A stretch of 55,444 bases of DNA from Planctomycetota bacterium (GCA_045863855.1 BTVV01000034.1:1-55444); one strand, 5' to 3'; positions 39,486 to 50,163 are shown, counted from the stretch's first letter. A program made the numbers and translations. The notes: generated by a model not told the origin, from the letters alone.

Positions 39486-39685
39486 GTCGGGCTCCGAAGG
39501 GTGTCCCGTGTTTGTAGTCCGCGCCTTTCGTGGCGCAACGGCACTTCGCGTCCACGCGCCGCAATCGGCGCTTCCCCGGCGGCGCCGCGGGGATTAGCCT
39601 TTTGGCTTCAGGATACATGTATCGTTGGCAGATTCCGCGGCGCGCCGCAGGCGCGGCGCGGAAGAATCGTACAGGAGTGCATGCC

Positions 39686-40333
39686 ATGGCGAAGTTTCCG
39701 GTCAAGTCGGGCGAACTCTTTCTCTGCATCGGCGATTCGATCACCGACTGCGGCCGGCGCGGCGCGGACGCTCCGTACGGCACGGGCTACATGAGCCTCT
39801 TTCGCGAGCTGTGCATCGCACGGCACCCCGAACGCGAGATCCGCTGGATCAACCGCGGCATCGGCGGCAACACGGTGCTCGATCTTTTCAACCGCTGGGA
39901 AGACGACGTGATCCGCGAAGAGCCCGATTGGCTCTCGATCAAGATCGGCATCAACGACCTGCACCGCCACCTCTTTGCGGGGAACGATCCCGTCGACCCC
40001 CAAAAATTCCGCGAGCTGTACACGAAGATCCTCGAACGCACCGCCAAGAAAACCAAGGCCCGCATCGTGCTGATCGATCCGTTTTACCTCAGTACCGAGC
40101 GCAAGGGGCAGGGACGCCGCACCGAAGTACTGAAGCTGCTGCCCGAATACCTCGCGGTGGTGAAAGATATGGCCAAACAGTTCAAGACCGCCCACGTGCG
40201 GACGCAGAAGCTGTACGAGGAGCAGATGAAGTACCGGCCGCCGCAGGATTTCGCACCCGAGCCCGTCCATCCGTACCGGTTGGGCCACCTGATCATGGCC
40301 GAAGCGTTGTACAAGACCGTCGCGGACATGTAG
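39686..40333 (+). CDS. SGNH/GDSL hydrolase
   Basis: IGDSITD, NRGIGG, IGIND, VHP; AGGAG RBS before ATG 39686. Confidence 0.92.
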   Translation: MAKFPVKSGELFLCIGDSITDCGRRGADAPYGTGYMSLFRELCIARHPEREIRWINRGIGGNTVLDLFNRWEDDVIREEPDWLSIKIGINDLHRHLFAGNDPVDPQKFRELYTKILERTAKKTKARIVLIDPFYLSTERKGQGRRTEVLKLLPEYLAVVKDMAKQFKTAHVRTQKLYEEQMKYRPPQDFAPEPVHPYRLGHLIMAEALYKTVADM

Positions 40334-40336
40334 CGC

Positions 40337-41101
40337 ATGCTTCTATACGCCCTTTACGTCGTTCTCGGTCTGATCGCGCTGCCTTTCGTGCTGGGACCGG
40401 TCCTGATCAAGTTTTCGCAGCGGATGCCGGCGCAGCCGGAGTTTACGGCGCTCGATTCGGAACGCGAACTGCCGCCGGAAATCTACGCGCACTTCAAAGA
40501 TGCGCTCACCGCGCTGCAAGCGCTGGGCTTCGAGATGCACGGCTTCCTGACGCCCGTCAATCCGATGGCCGGCCAGACCCAGTATCTCGCGCTCTTCGCG
40601 CATCCCCAGAGCCGCGATCTGGCCATGGCCGCGGGCATCTTTCAGGTTCCCATCACGTCCGTCTCCCTGCGCACGCTTTACGTCGAGTTTATGACCCGGT
40701 TCGAGGGTTCGGAGTCCCTGTGTACGAACAACTCGAAGGATATTTTTCCGTTCCCGAAGGTGGAAGGCAAAAGCGTGGAGCAGTTCGCCATGACCCAAGA
40801 TCCCGGCGAGTTGTACGGCCTGCACCGCGCGCTGCTGCAAGAGCGCGCCTATCCGCCCGTTCGCGCGCTGCCCGAGCCCGGCGGCTATGCGCAACTGGTG
40901 ACCGACAGCATGATCGAAGGGTACGAGATGCAGATCGGAACCGGCTATCTGGCCAAGACGGACGACGGTTCCCATTACGTGCCCACCTGGAAGGGCGCGT
41001 GCCTGATGACCTGGCGCTTGTGCTGGCCGCTCAGCGCCTGGATTCGCGGCCGCCGGGATTCCCGCGCGGAGGCATTGCGCGCCAAGCTCGCCGCCCGATA
41101 A
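40337..41101 (+). CDS. Hypothetical membrane protein
   Basis: N-terminal TM; operonic spacing with both neighbours. Confidence 0.75.
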   Translation: MLLYALYVVLGLIALPFVLGPVLIKFSQRMPAQPEFTALDSERELPPEIYAHFKDALTALQALGFEMHGFLTPVNPMAGQTQYLALFAHPQSRDLAMAAGIFQVPITSVSLRTLYVEFMTRFEGSESLCTNNSKDIFPFPKVEGKSVEQFAMTQDPGELYGLHRALLQERAYPPVRALPEPGGYAQLVTDSMIEGYEMQIGTGYLAKTDDGSHYVPTWKGACLMTWRLCWPLSAWIRGRRDSRAEALRAKLAAR

Positions 41102-41111
41102 TCGGACGCGT

Positions 41112-42317
41112 ATGAACGCCCCGGTCGCCGTCGTAGTCGATACGTTCCCGCGCTGGAGCGAACGCTTCATCGCGCGGGAATTGCAGGAACTGCGCCGGCG
41201 CGGCGTGGAACTGGCCATCTTCGCGCTCGCGCGCGGCAAATTGCCCCCTGGCGACGACCCCGAATGGACCGGCCTGCTGGACCGCGTCCGCGTACTTCCG
41301 TCGATTCCCAGCCCGCGTACGTTGGCCGCCGCCTTGAAAGCCGTCCCCGCGCTGCGCACCAAGGCGGCGCGCGAACGTCTGGCGCTCGTCCAGAAAGCGC
41401 TGGGTCCGCGCGGCGTGCTGCGCTGCGCGCGCGCGCATGTACTGACCGGATTTCTCAAAGAGTGCGGCGCACGGCACGTGCACGCGCACTTCGCCAGCCT
41501 GCCCAGCACCATCGCCTGGATCGCGGCGCAGGAGTCGAACCTGCCGTGGAGCTTGAGCGTCCATGCGCGCGATTTGTTCGTCGAAGCGCAGCTCCTGGCC
41601 GAAAAAGCGCGCGATGCGCGGGCGATCTTCGCCTGCCACGAAGGGGCCTTCGCGCGCTTGAAGCTGCTGGGCGGATTGGGCAAGCGCGCGGTCCTGATGC
41701 CGCACGGACTGCCCTTGGAACGCTTCCCGCAACGCGCGGCACGGCCGCACGAACGCCGCGAGCCCGCTACGCTGCTGGCCGCCGGGCGCTTTGTGGGCAA
41801 GAAAGGCTTTCACGACCTGCTGGCGGCGCTCGCACTCCCCGCCTTGGCCAAACGCAAGCTGCGCCTGAGTCTTTTCGGCGACGGCCCCGAACGCGCCAAG
41901 CTCTTGAAGGAGGTCGAACACCGCGGGATAGCCGCCAAGGTGCTGCTCCATCCGCCCCAGTCCGGCACGCGCTTTGTCCAGGAACTGGCGGGGGCGGATT
42001 GCTTCGTCGCACCCTACCGGCCCCAAGCCGACGGCGACCGCGACGGCGTACCGAATATCGTCCTGGAAGCATTCGCGCTGGGCGTGCCGGTCGTCGGAAC
42101 CGACGTGGGCGGCCTGCCTGAAGTCTTGAATGCGCAGACCGGATTTCCGGCCACGGCGGGCGCGCCCGAATCCCTGGCTACGGCGATCGCGGCCTGCCTC
42201 GACGCGCCCGCGGAAGCCGCTCGGCGTTCGGCCGCCGCGCGCACCTTGATCGAAGCTCGTTACGACATCCGCAAGAACATCGAACCCCTTTACCACACGC
42301 TGAGCGCACCAAAATAA
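41112..42317 (+). CDS. Glycosyltransferase family 4 (WcaL-like)
   Basis: FPRWSERFI, HVHAHFA, GRFVGKKG, DGVPNIVLEA...G.PVV. Confidence 0.92.
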   Translation: MNAPVAVVVDTFPRWSERFIARELQELRRRGVELAIFALARGKLPPGDDPEWTGLLDRVRVLPSIPSPRTLAAALKAVPALRTKAARERLALVQKALGPRGVLRCARAHVLTGFLKECGARHVHAHFASLPSTIAWIAAQESNLPWSLSVHARDLFVEAQLLAEKARDARAIFACHEGAFARLKLLGGLGKRAVLMPHGLPLERFPQRAARPHERREPATLLAAGRFVGKKGFHDLLAALALPALAKRKLRLSLFGDGPERAKLLKEVEHRGIAAKVLLHPPQSGTRFVQELAGADCFVAPYRPQADGDRDGVPNIVLEAFALGVPVVGTDVGGLPEVLNAQTGFPATAGAPESLATAIAACLDAPAEAARRSAAARTLIEARYDIRKNIEPLYHTLSAPK

Positions 42318-42318
42318 A

Positions 42319-42344
42319 AACGGCGGCCGGTTAAGGCCGCCGTT
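42319..42344. terminator. Probable terminator between convergent genes
   Basis: AACGGCGGCC-GGTTAA-GGCCGCCGTT with an A run on the left (U-tail on the minus strand). Confidence 0.7.
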
Positions 42345-42370
42345 AGACGACTGCGTCCGTGCGGAGGTGG

Positions 42371-43717
42371 CTATCGACCGCGTCCGGTTTCCCAGAAGGC
42401 ATCGAAGAAGTTGAATCGTTCAAGCCGAGTGGAAGTCACGGCCTGGAAATCGAAGTCTGCAGGCGGCCCGATAATCGGCTCGAAATCCACGCGCACCACC
42501 ATGTTGTAGCCGAGGAAGCTGTCTCCGATCTGCGGCAGGCCCGTCCCTTCGACGCCGGTGGCTTCCAAATCCCACGTCCGGATATTGAGCTGGCCGGTGC
42601 TGAGGTTCAACGTGAACGAACGCACGCCCCCGCGTTCGCGTTCGGGCTGCGAAAGCGTGATCGTCCTGCCCAACGCGCCGCGGAAACGGTCGCCCGGAAT
42701 CGTATCCACGAATCCTCCGATCTGGATGCGCATCGTACCCGCAACCGGAATCGGTGTGGTGAAGGGCGTGAAGGGATCCGCGGTGACGTTGGGCCGCGCG
42801 ATGCGCGCACGGATCTGGAAATAGTGCCCGGTGCGCTCGGAGTTCTCCAGCGCCGTCGCTTGGTCCACCACAAAGTAGCCATCCCGAACTGCGCCCTTGC
42901 GCCCGCGCGGATTGAACGTTCCCGTACCGCTGCGGCCGGCTGTCGAAACATAGTTGTAGGCGAGCACGATCTGGTAGGTCTGCGAGCCCACCGCCAAGGT
43001 CAGCGTCACGTCGCCCAGCACGTTGGCGAAGGTACCGTCGGCCGCCGGCATGTACGAGGCATCGAAAATGCCCGACAAGTCCGCGCGCGAAATGCGCGCG
43101 ATGAACTGCTGTCTCTTGCGGTCCACGAAAAGGTACGCGGCGGGGCGCGCCAGATTTTTGTTGGCCGACTGGTTGAACTCGCCGTCGGAATTCAAAAAGC
43201 CGCCTGCGAGCGAGACGCCGTTGACCGCAAAATCGATCGGCAGATTCGTCAGGACTGGCGGCAAATCCACCGTCGCAATCACAGAGGTCAAATTAAACGT
43301 GTCGACCTGCGGCTTGGCATGGTTCAGCTTGAACGTACTCTTGGTAGCCGCCCAGCGAAAGTTGGTGCCGGCCGTCACGTCGCCCGCGCCTACGCCGGGA
43401 ATCAACGCCACCGCCAAGTACGTCTCCTCGGTGGAGCCGTCCCCAACGATCAGCGTCACGCCGTAGGTGCCGGCCACCTGATAAATATGGGAAGGATTCG
43501 CGAGCGTCGAAAAAGTGCCATCGCCGAAACTCCACAGCCACGTCGTCACCGTCCCGGCCGCGTTGCTGTTGAAGTCCACGTTTACCGGCGCATCGCCTGC
43601 CGCCTGAATGAAGGTGACTCCCGTGGAGAGTTGCGCCTGCGCCGAACCGGCCCATGCCAGCGCGATCCACAGCGCCGCCCAAACCGGACGCATCCCCTGT
43701 TGCCTGACTGACTTCAT
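42371..43717 (-). CDS. Secreted PKD-domain protein
   Basis: Signal peptide ending AQA; 'GDAPVNVDF...WSFGDG...NPSHIY...GTYGVTL'. Confidence 0.85.
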   Translation of the reverse strand: MKSVRQQGMRPVWAALWIALAWAGSAQAQLSTGVTFIQAAGDAPVNVDFNSNAAGTVTTWLWSFGDGTFSTLANPSHIYQVAGTYGVTLIVGDGSTEETYLAVALIPGVGAGDVTAGTNFRWAATKSTFKLNHAKPQVDTFNLTSVIATVDLPPVLTNLPIDFAVNGVSLAGGFLNSDGEFNQSANKNLARPAAYLFVDRKRQQFIARISRADLSGIFDASYMPAADGTFANVLGDVTLTLAVGSQTYQIVLAYNYVSTAGRSGTGTFNPRGRKGAVRDGYFVVDQATALENSERTGHYFQIRARIARPNVTADPFTPFTTPIPVAGTMRIQIGGFVDTIPGDRFRGALGRTITLSQPERERGGVRSFTLNLSTGQLNIRTWDLEATGVEGTGLPQIGDSFLGYNMVVRVDFEPIIGPPADFDFQAVTSTRLERFNFFDAFWETGRGR

Positions 43718-43951
43718 GAGCTTCCCCCGTCCAACCCGGCCGGATCGAACCCGGCCTGCCATGCCCCGCGCCGCCTGCGCCCCGCCCTAGACGGATCCAA
43801 CCTCCGGCGTACTAGAGTTTAGGCACAAGTGAACTACCTTACTCCAACCTCCGCGCCTGCCAAGGCGGCACTCAGCTTTTATCGGGAGGATCAGGCGCCG
43901 TAAGCACTTAAAGTAGAAGATGCCGCTGCACATCGTGCCCTTCGGGTCGGC

Positions 43952-46162
43952 TCAATTACTATCCGCCACGAGTTCCGAGGTCGACGATTTCACCCATCGT
44001 GCACGCAGGCTGAGCGGCAAGTTAAAGACCGCGTCAAAGATCAGGTGCTCCAGCAAAGCTCCGTTTTCGCCAAAAACCGGGATCCAGCCGACCAGATTCT
44101 TCGCCCAGCGCGCCGCCAGGAAGCGCGCGAGGCTCGGGAATCGCGTGGCCATTTGCAGGGGAAAGCCCAAGTAGCCGATGTAATGCCAGAACGAGACGAT
44201 GGCGGCGATCCGGTAATCGTGCACGTTCCGTTCTCGGATCATCAGCCAGACCACGTACAGGCCGCGCGCGAGCGACCCTGGCGTCACGGGCAAAAGCTGC
44301 AACGCCGCCAACACGCCTACGGCGATCGCCAGCGCTTCGTGCCACGTATCGCCATGCGCGACGGAGAAGTAAATCGCCAGCCCCAGCCGCAGCACCGTGG
44401 TGAACGGGCTCAGCGCCAGATGCACCGCCATGCATTTAAGGTACTTCTGGATGAACGGATCGCGGATGTGCCCCTCGATACGCGCTTCTTCGACCGGCGT
44501 GACCATCCCGTCGGCTTGGGCTTTGCGCAACCGTTCGAGGAGCCAGGCCTCGCGGAATTCGGCGCTGCGGTAGAAATAGATCGGAAACCCGATACCCGCG
44601 CGCAGCACCCCCATGGCGTATACGCGGTCGGTCACGAAGCGGTGCCACGCGCGCGGCCACCAGCCCACGGTGGCGCGTTCGAGGTTGAAGCGGATCGGCT
44701 GGCCGACTCGAGCGAGCGCTTTGGCGTCGTTGAGCCGCCCGTTGCGGTGCCAGCGCATCAGCGTCTCGATCCGCCACGCGCGCATCGCGCGCAAGAGGTA
44801 ACCGGGCCGCGTGACGATGCTCAGCGCATGCCGGCGATAGGTCGCGTGTCCGGCGAAACGCATGAGGAACGCGCCGAGAATAGGGAGCCACCATAAGAGG
44901 TAGTAAAGTCCGAAGACATGCGGCATCCGCCCGGCGCGAGCGCCGGTGACGCCGTCGATCAGACCCTTTCGCGACCATTGCGCGGCGATCCCGCTGCGTA
45001 CGTCGCGCAAAAACGGCAACGCCGCCAGCCGCCAGGGCCGGTTGAGCCCGTCGGGCTGCGCCGCGCGATAACGCGCTTCGCATCCTTTAAGCTCCGCGAT
45101 CGCCGGCCGCAGGTCCTCGAAAGCCGCGGCATGCGCCGCGACGAACGCGTCCAGCTTCGCCAAATCGCAGCCGTCGAACTGCGCCAATCGTCCGCGCGCA
45201 AGGCCCTTGAAGATCAGCTTCACGTCGCCGGGGCTCATCGGCATCCCGAAGAGCAGCGCCAGCCCCGGCCGCCAGTCGATCGCGCACAGTTCTTCAGCGC
45301 CGTCGCGGCGCTTCAGCACGTTCGGCTGGCTCTTCCAGGTGCTCCACTCGTACTGCCGCGCGAGTTCATGCGCACCGACCTCATGGAACAGGTCCGTCAG
45401 CCGCGCCATGAAGCGGCGCTTCTCGAGGTACTCCGGCGACGGCGCGTCCGGCGGAAGCGGATCGGCGCCGCGGAACGCCTTGCGCTCGAAGAGACGCGCG
45501 TCGCTCTCGAGCTTCCAGACGCGGCCGTCCACCCATTCGAGCAGTTCGCCGCTGCAGAGCAGTTCGGGATCGAAGAAGGTGGCGTGCACGTCGGCGACAT
45601 GGCGGTCCGAACCGAAGCGGACACTCGCCGCGCGGCGAATCAGCTTCTGCCATAGCGCGCCGGCACGCGCGGCGTCGGGATTCGACTGCAGGCCGAACGG
45701 CGCCTGGTAACCCAGTTTGTAAAGCAGATCGCGGAAATGCCCGGCGAACGAACCCGGCGGCCGCAGCAGCTTCACCGCGTACGAACGGCCCGGCACGAGG
45801 TTCTCGACCGGCGCGCCCTGCCAGGAAACGTCCAGCAGCCGCGCGCGGTACACCTGCCCCGCGAATCCTCCGCCCAAAAAGCGATCCAGTTCGATCCGCG
45901 CACGGCCCAGCGTCGCCGGCGCCACGCCTTGAATCGGAACTTCCAGGACGGTTCCGGGATCGTAGCGCGTGGCGCGGTAGGGTCGCAGCAGCCCGCACGC
46001 GTCGAACTCCTCGCGCAGCCGGCGGCGGACTTCCAGCCCCGCGTCATCCGGCTCGCCGCCGATGCGCGGACGCGGCGCGCGCGCGCGGCGGCTGGCCGAT
46101 GCCGCGGCGTGATCGGGCGCACTCACCACCGCCGCTCCTGGCGCTTCCCCGCTGCCGCTCAT
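43952..46162 (-). CDS. Hypothetical protein with kinase-like N-terminal motifs and C-terminal TMs
   Basis: LGGGFAGQVY, YAVK, LLEWVDG, QPNVL, AIDW. Confidence 0.7.
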   Translation of the reverse strand: MSGSGEAPGAAVVSAPDHAAASASRRARAPRPRIGGEPDDAGLEVRRRLREEFDACGLLRPYRATRYDPGTVLEVPIQGVAPATLGRARIELDRFLGGGFAGQVYRARLLDVSWQGAPVENLVPGRSYAVKLLRPPGSFAGHFRDLLYKLGYQAPFGLQSNPDAARAGALWQKLIRRAASVRFGSDRHVADVHATFFDPELLCSGELLEWVDGRVWKLESDARLFERKAFRGADPLPPDAPSPEYLEKRRFMARLTDLFHEVGAHELARQYEWSTWKSQPNVLKRRDGAEELCAIDWRPGLALLFGMPMSPGDVKLIFKGLARGRLAQFDGCDLAKLDAFVAAHAAAFEDLRPAIAELKGCEARYRAAQPDGLNRPWRLAALPFLRDVRSGIAAQWSRKGLIDGVTGARAGRMPHVFGLYYLLWWLPILGAFLMRFAGHATYRRHALSIVTRPGYLLRAMRAWRIETLMRWHRNGRLNDAKALARVGQPIRFNLERATVGWWPRAWHRFVTDRVYAMGVLRAGIGFPIYFYRSAEFREAWLLERLRKAQADGMVTPVEEARIEGHIRDPFIQKYLKCMAVHLALSPFTTVLRLGLAIYFSVAHGDTWHEALAIAVGVLAALQLLPVTPGSLARGLYVVWLMIRERNVHDYRIAAIVSFWHYIGYLGFPLQMATRFPSLARFLAARWAKNLVGWIPVFGENGALLEHLIFDAVFNLPLSLRARWVKSSTSELVADSN

Positions 46163-46371
46163 GCGTCTCCGCCGCTGCCTGAATTTACGAAGCCTTCCAT
46201 TTTCACCGCTCCGGCCTTTAACGCAACCGTGCGCCTTGTGAAGTTAAGTGACCTCACAAACCCCTGATGCGATCCGGGCCGAATTGGCTTCCTTTTGCTT
46301 TCCCCTTCATTCGGTCCCCACATGACGCGCGCATAGTCCCACGCGGCGGGGCGGATACGCGGCCGAGAGCG

Positions 46372-47439
46372 ATGGGACATCTCTTCTACAGCCTGGCGGG
46401 CGAAGGCCGGGGACACGCCGCGCGTGCGCGGACGCTGGTCGAACTGCTCCGCCCGCACCACCGGATCACGCTTTTCACGCCCGGCGACGCGCACGCGCTC
46501 CTTGCCCCGCTGTACGAAGGCACGGACGTAGAGATCGTTCCCGTGCCGGGGATGCACTTTTATTACAACCGGCGCAAGGAAGTGGATTTCACCAAAACCT
46601 TCCTCGGCGGCGCGCGCTTTCTCTGGAACCTCAAAATGCTCGTGCGCGACCTGCGCCGGCGCATCGAGGCGCAGCGCCCGGATCTGGCCATCGTAGACTT
46701 CGAGCCCTCCCTGCCGCGCGCGGCCAGCGCCTGCGGCGTACCCTTCGTCAGCGTCTCGCACCAGCATTTCCTGGTCTGCAGCGACCTCTCGGCGCTGCCC
46801 GGACACCTGCGCGCGCACGCGCGTTTCATGAGCTGGATCGTGAAAGGCTATTACTCCGGACAGCGCGAGACGATTGTCTCCTCGTTCTACTTCCCGCCGC
46901 TCAAGAACGGGAATATGGACTTCACGCAAGTGGGCGTCCTGCTGCGGCCGACGGTGCTGCGCGCAACGCCGGAGGACCGCGGCCACCTGCTCGTTTACTT
47001 ACGAAAACTCGGGAGCACGGGGGTGCTGGAGGCGCTGAAAGCCTGCGGCTTGCCGGTTCGCATCTACGGACTGGGCGCAGCGACCCCCGACGGGCCGCTG
47101 CGCTTCCTGCCCATCGACGACGTACGCTTCCTGGAAGATCTCGCCACCTGCCGTGCGCTGATCTCGACGGCCGGCAACCAGCTCGTCGGCGAGGCGCTGT
47201 ACCTCGGCAAGCCCGTCTTCGCGCTGCCCGAGCCCAAGAATTACGAGCAATACATCAACGCGCATTTCCTGAAAGCCAGCGGCGGCGGGGACTGGACGGG
47301 CTTTCACGACTTCGACGCGCAACGGCTGCGCGCGTTCCTCGACGGACTCGGCGCTTTTCGCGACCGCATCGACCGCCGGCGCTTGGATGGGAATCCCGCC
47401 ACGCTGGCCGCGATTCGCAAACATCTCGGCGATCCCTGA
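46372..47439 (+). CDS. Glycosyltransferase (MJ1255/VC2487-like, GT-B)
   Basis: GEGRGHA, DFEP, HQH, TAG..LVGEALYLGKP, YEQYINA. Confidence 0.88.
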   Translation: MGHLFYSLAGEGRGHAARARTLVELLRPHHRITLFTPGDAHALLAPLYEGTDVEIVPVPGMHFYYNRRKEVDFTKTFLGGARFLWNLKMLVRDLRRRIEAQRPDLAIVDFEPSLPRAASACGVPFVSVSHQHFLVCSDLSALPGHLRAHARFMSWIVKGYYSGQRETIVSSFYFPPLKNGNMDFTQVGVLLRPTVLRATPEDRGHLLVYLRKLGSTGVLEALKACGLPVRIYGLGAATPDGPLRFLPIDDVRFLEDLATCRALISTAGNQLVGEALYLGKPVFALPEPKNYEQYINAHFLKASGGGDWTGFHDFDAQRLRAFLDGLGAFRDRIDRRRLDGNPATLAAIRKHLGDP

Positions 47440-47459
47440 CGGCGCCGGCCCTACGGAGC

Positions 47460-48260
47460 CTACGCCTTCAAGCGGCCGACCATCCGCCGCACGCCCAGCG
47501 TCCCGAACGCTCCTGCCAGCCCCAGCACCACGAGCGGACACGCCCACGCCCACGGCACGCTCGAATGCGCGGGACCGCTGACGACAAGCCGGAACGTCTC
47601 GATCACGTGAAACATGGGCAGCGCATAGGCCACGTACTCCAGGCCGTAGGGCAAGTCCTGCACGGGGAACATCAGCCCCGAGAAAAGAATGAGCGGCGTC
47701 AACCCGATCGTAAAATAGAATTGGAAGTGATTGATGTTCTGCACGCAGGACGTGACGCAGAATCCAAGCCCGCCAAAGAGCAGCGAAGTGAAGAACCCTA
47801 TCGCCGGCACCAGCACCGCCCATGGCGTGTGAACTTTCCCGAAGACCGCCAGCACCAGGCAGACGATGGCCGAAAAGAGCAGCCCCTTGCTTCCGCACCA
47901 CAGCAACTCGCCCGCGAATATGTCCGCGCGCGTCAGCGGCGTGGCGAGCATCCCTTCGTACGCTTTCTGGTAGCGCAGCCGGATGAACGCGCCGTACGTG
48001 GATTCGAACGAAGCCGTGTACATGCAGGTCGAGCCCAGCACGCCCGCGGCCATGAACGAGGAATACTCGAGCCCGTTGAACTCCTGGTGGATGAACCGGC
48101 CCAGCCCCAGGCCGACGGCGACGAGCAAAAAGGTGGGCTCCAGCACCGCCGGCGTCGCGTTCGCGACGAACGTGTTGCTGTAGACGCGCCAGTGGCGGTA
48201 CCAGACGGCCAGCACGCGCACGATCCGCCCTGGCGCGCGGCGCACGGCGGCGTCACTCAT
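47460..48260 (-). CDS. ABC-2 transporter permease (NodJ-like)
   Basis: About six TMs; 'EP...L...G.GLG', 'LATPL', 'FSG.MFP'. Confidence 0.9.
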   Translation of the reverse strand: MSDAAVRRAPGRIVRVLAVWYRHWRVYSNTFVANATPAVLEPTFLLVAVGLGLGRFIHQEFNGLEYSSFMAAGVLGSTCMYTASFESTYGAFIRLRYQKAYEGMLATPLTRADIFAGELLWCGSKGLLFSAIVCLVLAVFGKVHTPWAVLVPAIGFFTSLLFGGLGFCVTSCVQNINHFQFYFTIGLTPLILFSGLMFPVQDLPYGLEYVAYALPMFHVIETFRLVVSGPAHSSVPWAWACPLVVLGLAGAFGTLGVRRMVGRLKA

Positions 48261-49182
48261 CCAGCGTCCTTCCCGTAAGCTTCAAGAACACATCCTCCAG
48301 CGAAGCCGGCCGGACCAGCGCGGTGCGAAACGCGCCCTTCGCGATCCAGCGCCGCAGCGTGTCCTCGACCGCGTGGAAAACGAACGCACGGTCGCCGTGC
48401 CGCTCGACCAGCGCTTCCTGCCCGAATTCCTCCAGCAGCGCCTCTTGCCCCTGCGCGTCGAACTCCAGCACCCAAGGCGGCAGGTGCGCGGCGATCAGCT
48501 TCTCGGGCGTGTCCTCGGCGATCAGCTTGCCTTTGAAGAGAATCCCGATCCGGTCGGCCAGTTGCGCGGCTTCTTCCATGTAGTGCGTCGTGAGCAGGAT
48601 GCTCATACCGCGCTGCTTGAGTTGCCTAAGCGTACCCCAGATCGCGTGGCGCACTTGCGGATCGAGCCCCGTTGTCGGCTCGTCGAGAATCAGCACTTCC
48701 GGATCGTTGATCAGCGCGCGGGCGATCATCAGCCGCCGGCGCATGCCTCCGCTGAGCGCCTGGACGGGGCCGCGCTCGCGCCCTTCCAGCGAGACGAATT
48801 TCAGGAGCCCCTGTACCTTCTCCCGAAACGCGGGGCCGCTCAGTCCGTAAAAGCGCCCGTAAATTTCCAGATTGCGGCCGACATCCAGGTCTTCGTCGAA
48901 GACGTCGCCTTGCATCACGACGCCCAGCCGCGCTTTCACTTCGCTCTGCTCGGTCCAGGGATCCAACCCCAGCACTTTCAGGTCGCCGCCGTCGCGCGGA
49001 AGCACCGCGGCGATCATCTTGGAAAGCGTCGTCTTGCCTGCACCGTTCGGGCCCAGCAGCGCGTAACAGACGCCGCGCGGGATCTCGAGATCCACCTCGT
49101 TGACCGCCGTCAACTCGCCGAATCGTTTGACGACGACGCGAGCGGAGACGGCCATGGTGGGTACGGACGACGGAGCATGCAC
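48253..49182 (-). CDS. ABC transporter ATP-binding protein (NodI-like)
   Basis: GPNGAGKT, LSGGM, LILDEPTTGLD, TTHYMEEA. The start may instead be ATG 49155. Confidence 0.93.
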   Translation of the reverse strand: MHAPSSVPTMAVSARVVVKRFGELTAVNEVDLEIPRGVCYALLGPNGAGKTTLSKMIAAVLPRDGGDLKVLGLDPWTEQSEVKARLGVVMQGDVFDEDLDVGRNLEIYGRFYGLSGPAFREKVQGLLKFVSLEGRERGPVQALSGGMRRRLMIARALINDPEVLILDEPTTGLDPQVRHAIWGTLRQLKQRGMSILLTTHYMEEAAQLADRIGILFKGKLIAEDTPEKLIAAHLPPWVLEFDAQGQEALLEEFGQEALVERHGDRAFVFHAVEDTLRRWIAKGAFRTALVRPASLEDVFLKLTGRTLDE

Positions 49183-49302
49183 CGCGAAGGATTCCCGAGA
49201 GCCGGGTACACGTTATCCCCCGCCCTATTCCCCGCAAGCACGCCGGGGTTGAGCGTGCGCAACCGCCTCGTCGCCGCAAAAAGCCCGGATAGACTACCGC
49301 CC

Positions 49303-50163
49303 ATGAACGCACCTTCGGGCTCGGTCCTCGTCACCGGCGCCTCCACGGGCATCGGCGAGGCCTGCACCGCGCTCCTTGCCGCCCAAGGCTACCGCGTCTA
49401 CGCCGGTGTCCGGAAGGACGCCGACGGCGCGCGCCTGCGCGCCGCGCACGGCGAGCGCATCGAGCCGCTGCGCCTGGACATCACCGACGCGGAGCATATC
49501 GCCGCCGCCGCGCGGACGCTGGCCGAACGTACCGGCGCGGACGGGCTGGACGCGCTCGTCAACAACGCCGGCGTCGCCTTCAGCGGGCCGCTCGAATACC
49601 TGCCGCTCGACGATCTGCGCAAGCAGTTCGAGATCAACGTCTTCGGGCACCACGCGGTCACGCAGGCCTGCCTGCCCCTGCTCCGCCTGGCCACCGGCCG
49701 CATCGTCAACATGAGCAGTATCTGCGGACGCCTTACCATGCCCTTCATCGGACCGTACGTGGCCAGCAAGTTCGCGCTGGAAGCACTGACCGATGCGCTG
49801 CGTATGGAACTGCGCCCGTGGAAGATCCGCGTGGTGCTGGTCGAGCCCGGGAGCATCCGCACACCGCTATGGGACAAGGCCGACCACGACAACCGGCGCT
49901 TCGCCGATGATCTGCCGGAGCAGGCGCGCGTACGCTATGGAACGGCCATCGAGCGTTTTCGGGACCGGGCCGTGAAGGTGGGCAGGCAGGGACTCACGCC
50001 CGAAGCCGTGGCGCGCGTCGTGCTGCGCGCGCTGAAGGCCAAGCGCCCGAAAGCGCGCTATCTGGTCGGGCGCGACGCGAAGCTCGGGGCGGCCTTGCTT
50101 CCGTTGGTCCCCGACGGGTGGAAGGATTACTTGACGCTCAGCCAGATCGGATTGCCGAAGTAA
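49303..50163 (+). CDS. Short-chain dehydrogenase/reductase
   Basis: VTGASTGIG, NNAG, YVASK; ATG 49303 lies within the longer track ORF. Confidence 0.93.
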   Translation: MNAPSGSVLVTGASTGIGEACTALLAAQGYRVYAGVRKDADGARLRAAHGERIEPLRLDITDAEHIAAAARTLAERTGADGLDALVNNAGVAFSGPLEYLPLDDLRKQFEINVFGHHAVTQACLPLLRLATGRIVNMSSICGRLTMPFIGPYVASKFALEALTDALRMELRPWKIRVVLVEPGSIRTPLWDKADHDNRRFADDLPEQARVRYGTAIERFRDRAVKVGRQGLTPEAVARVVLRALKAKRPKARYLVGRDAKLGAALLPLVPDGWKDYLTLSQIGLPK

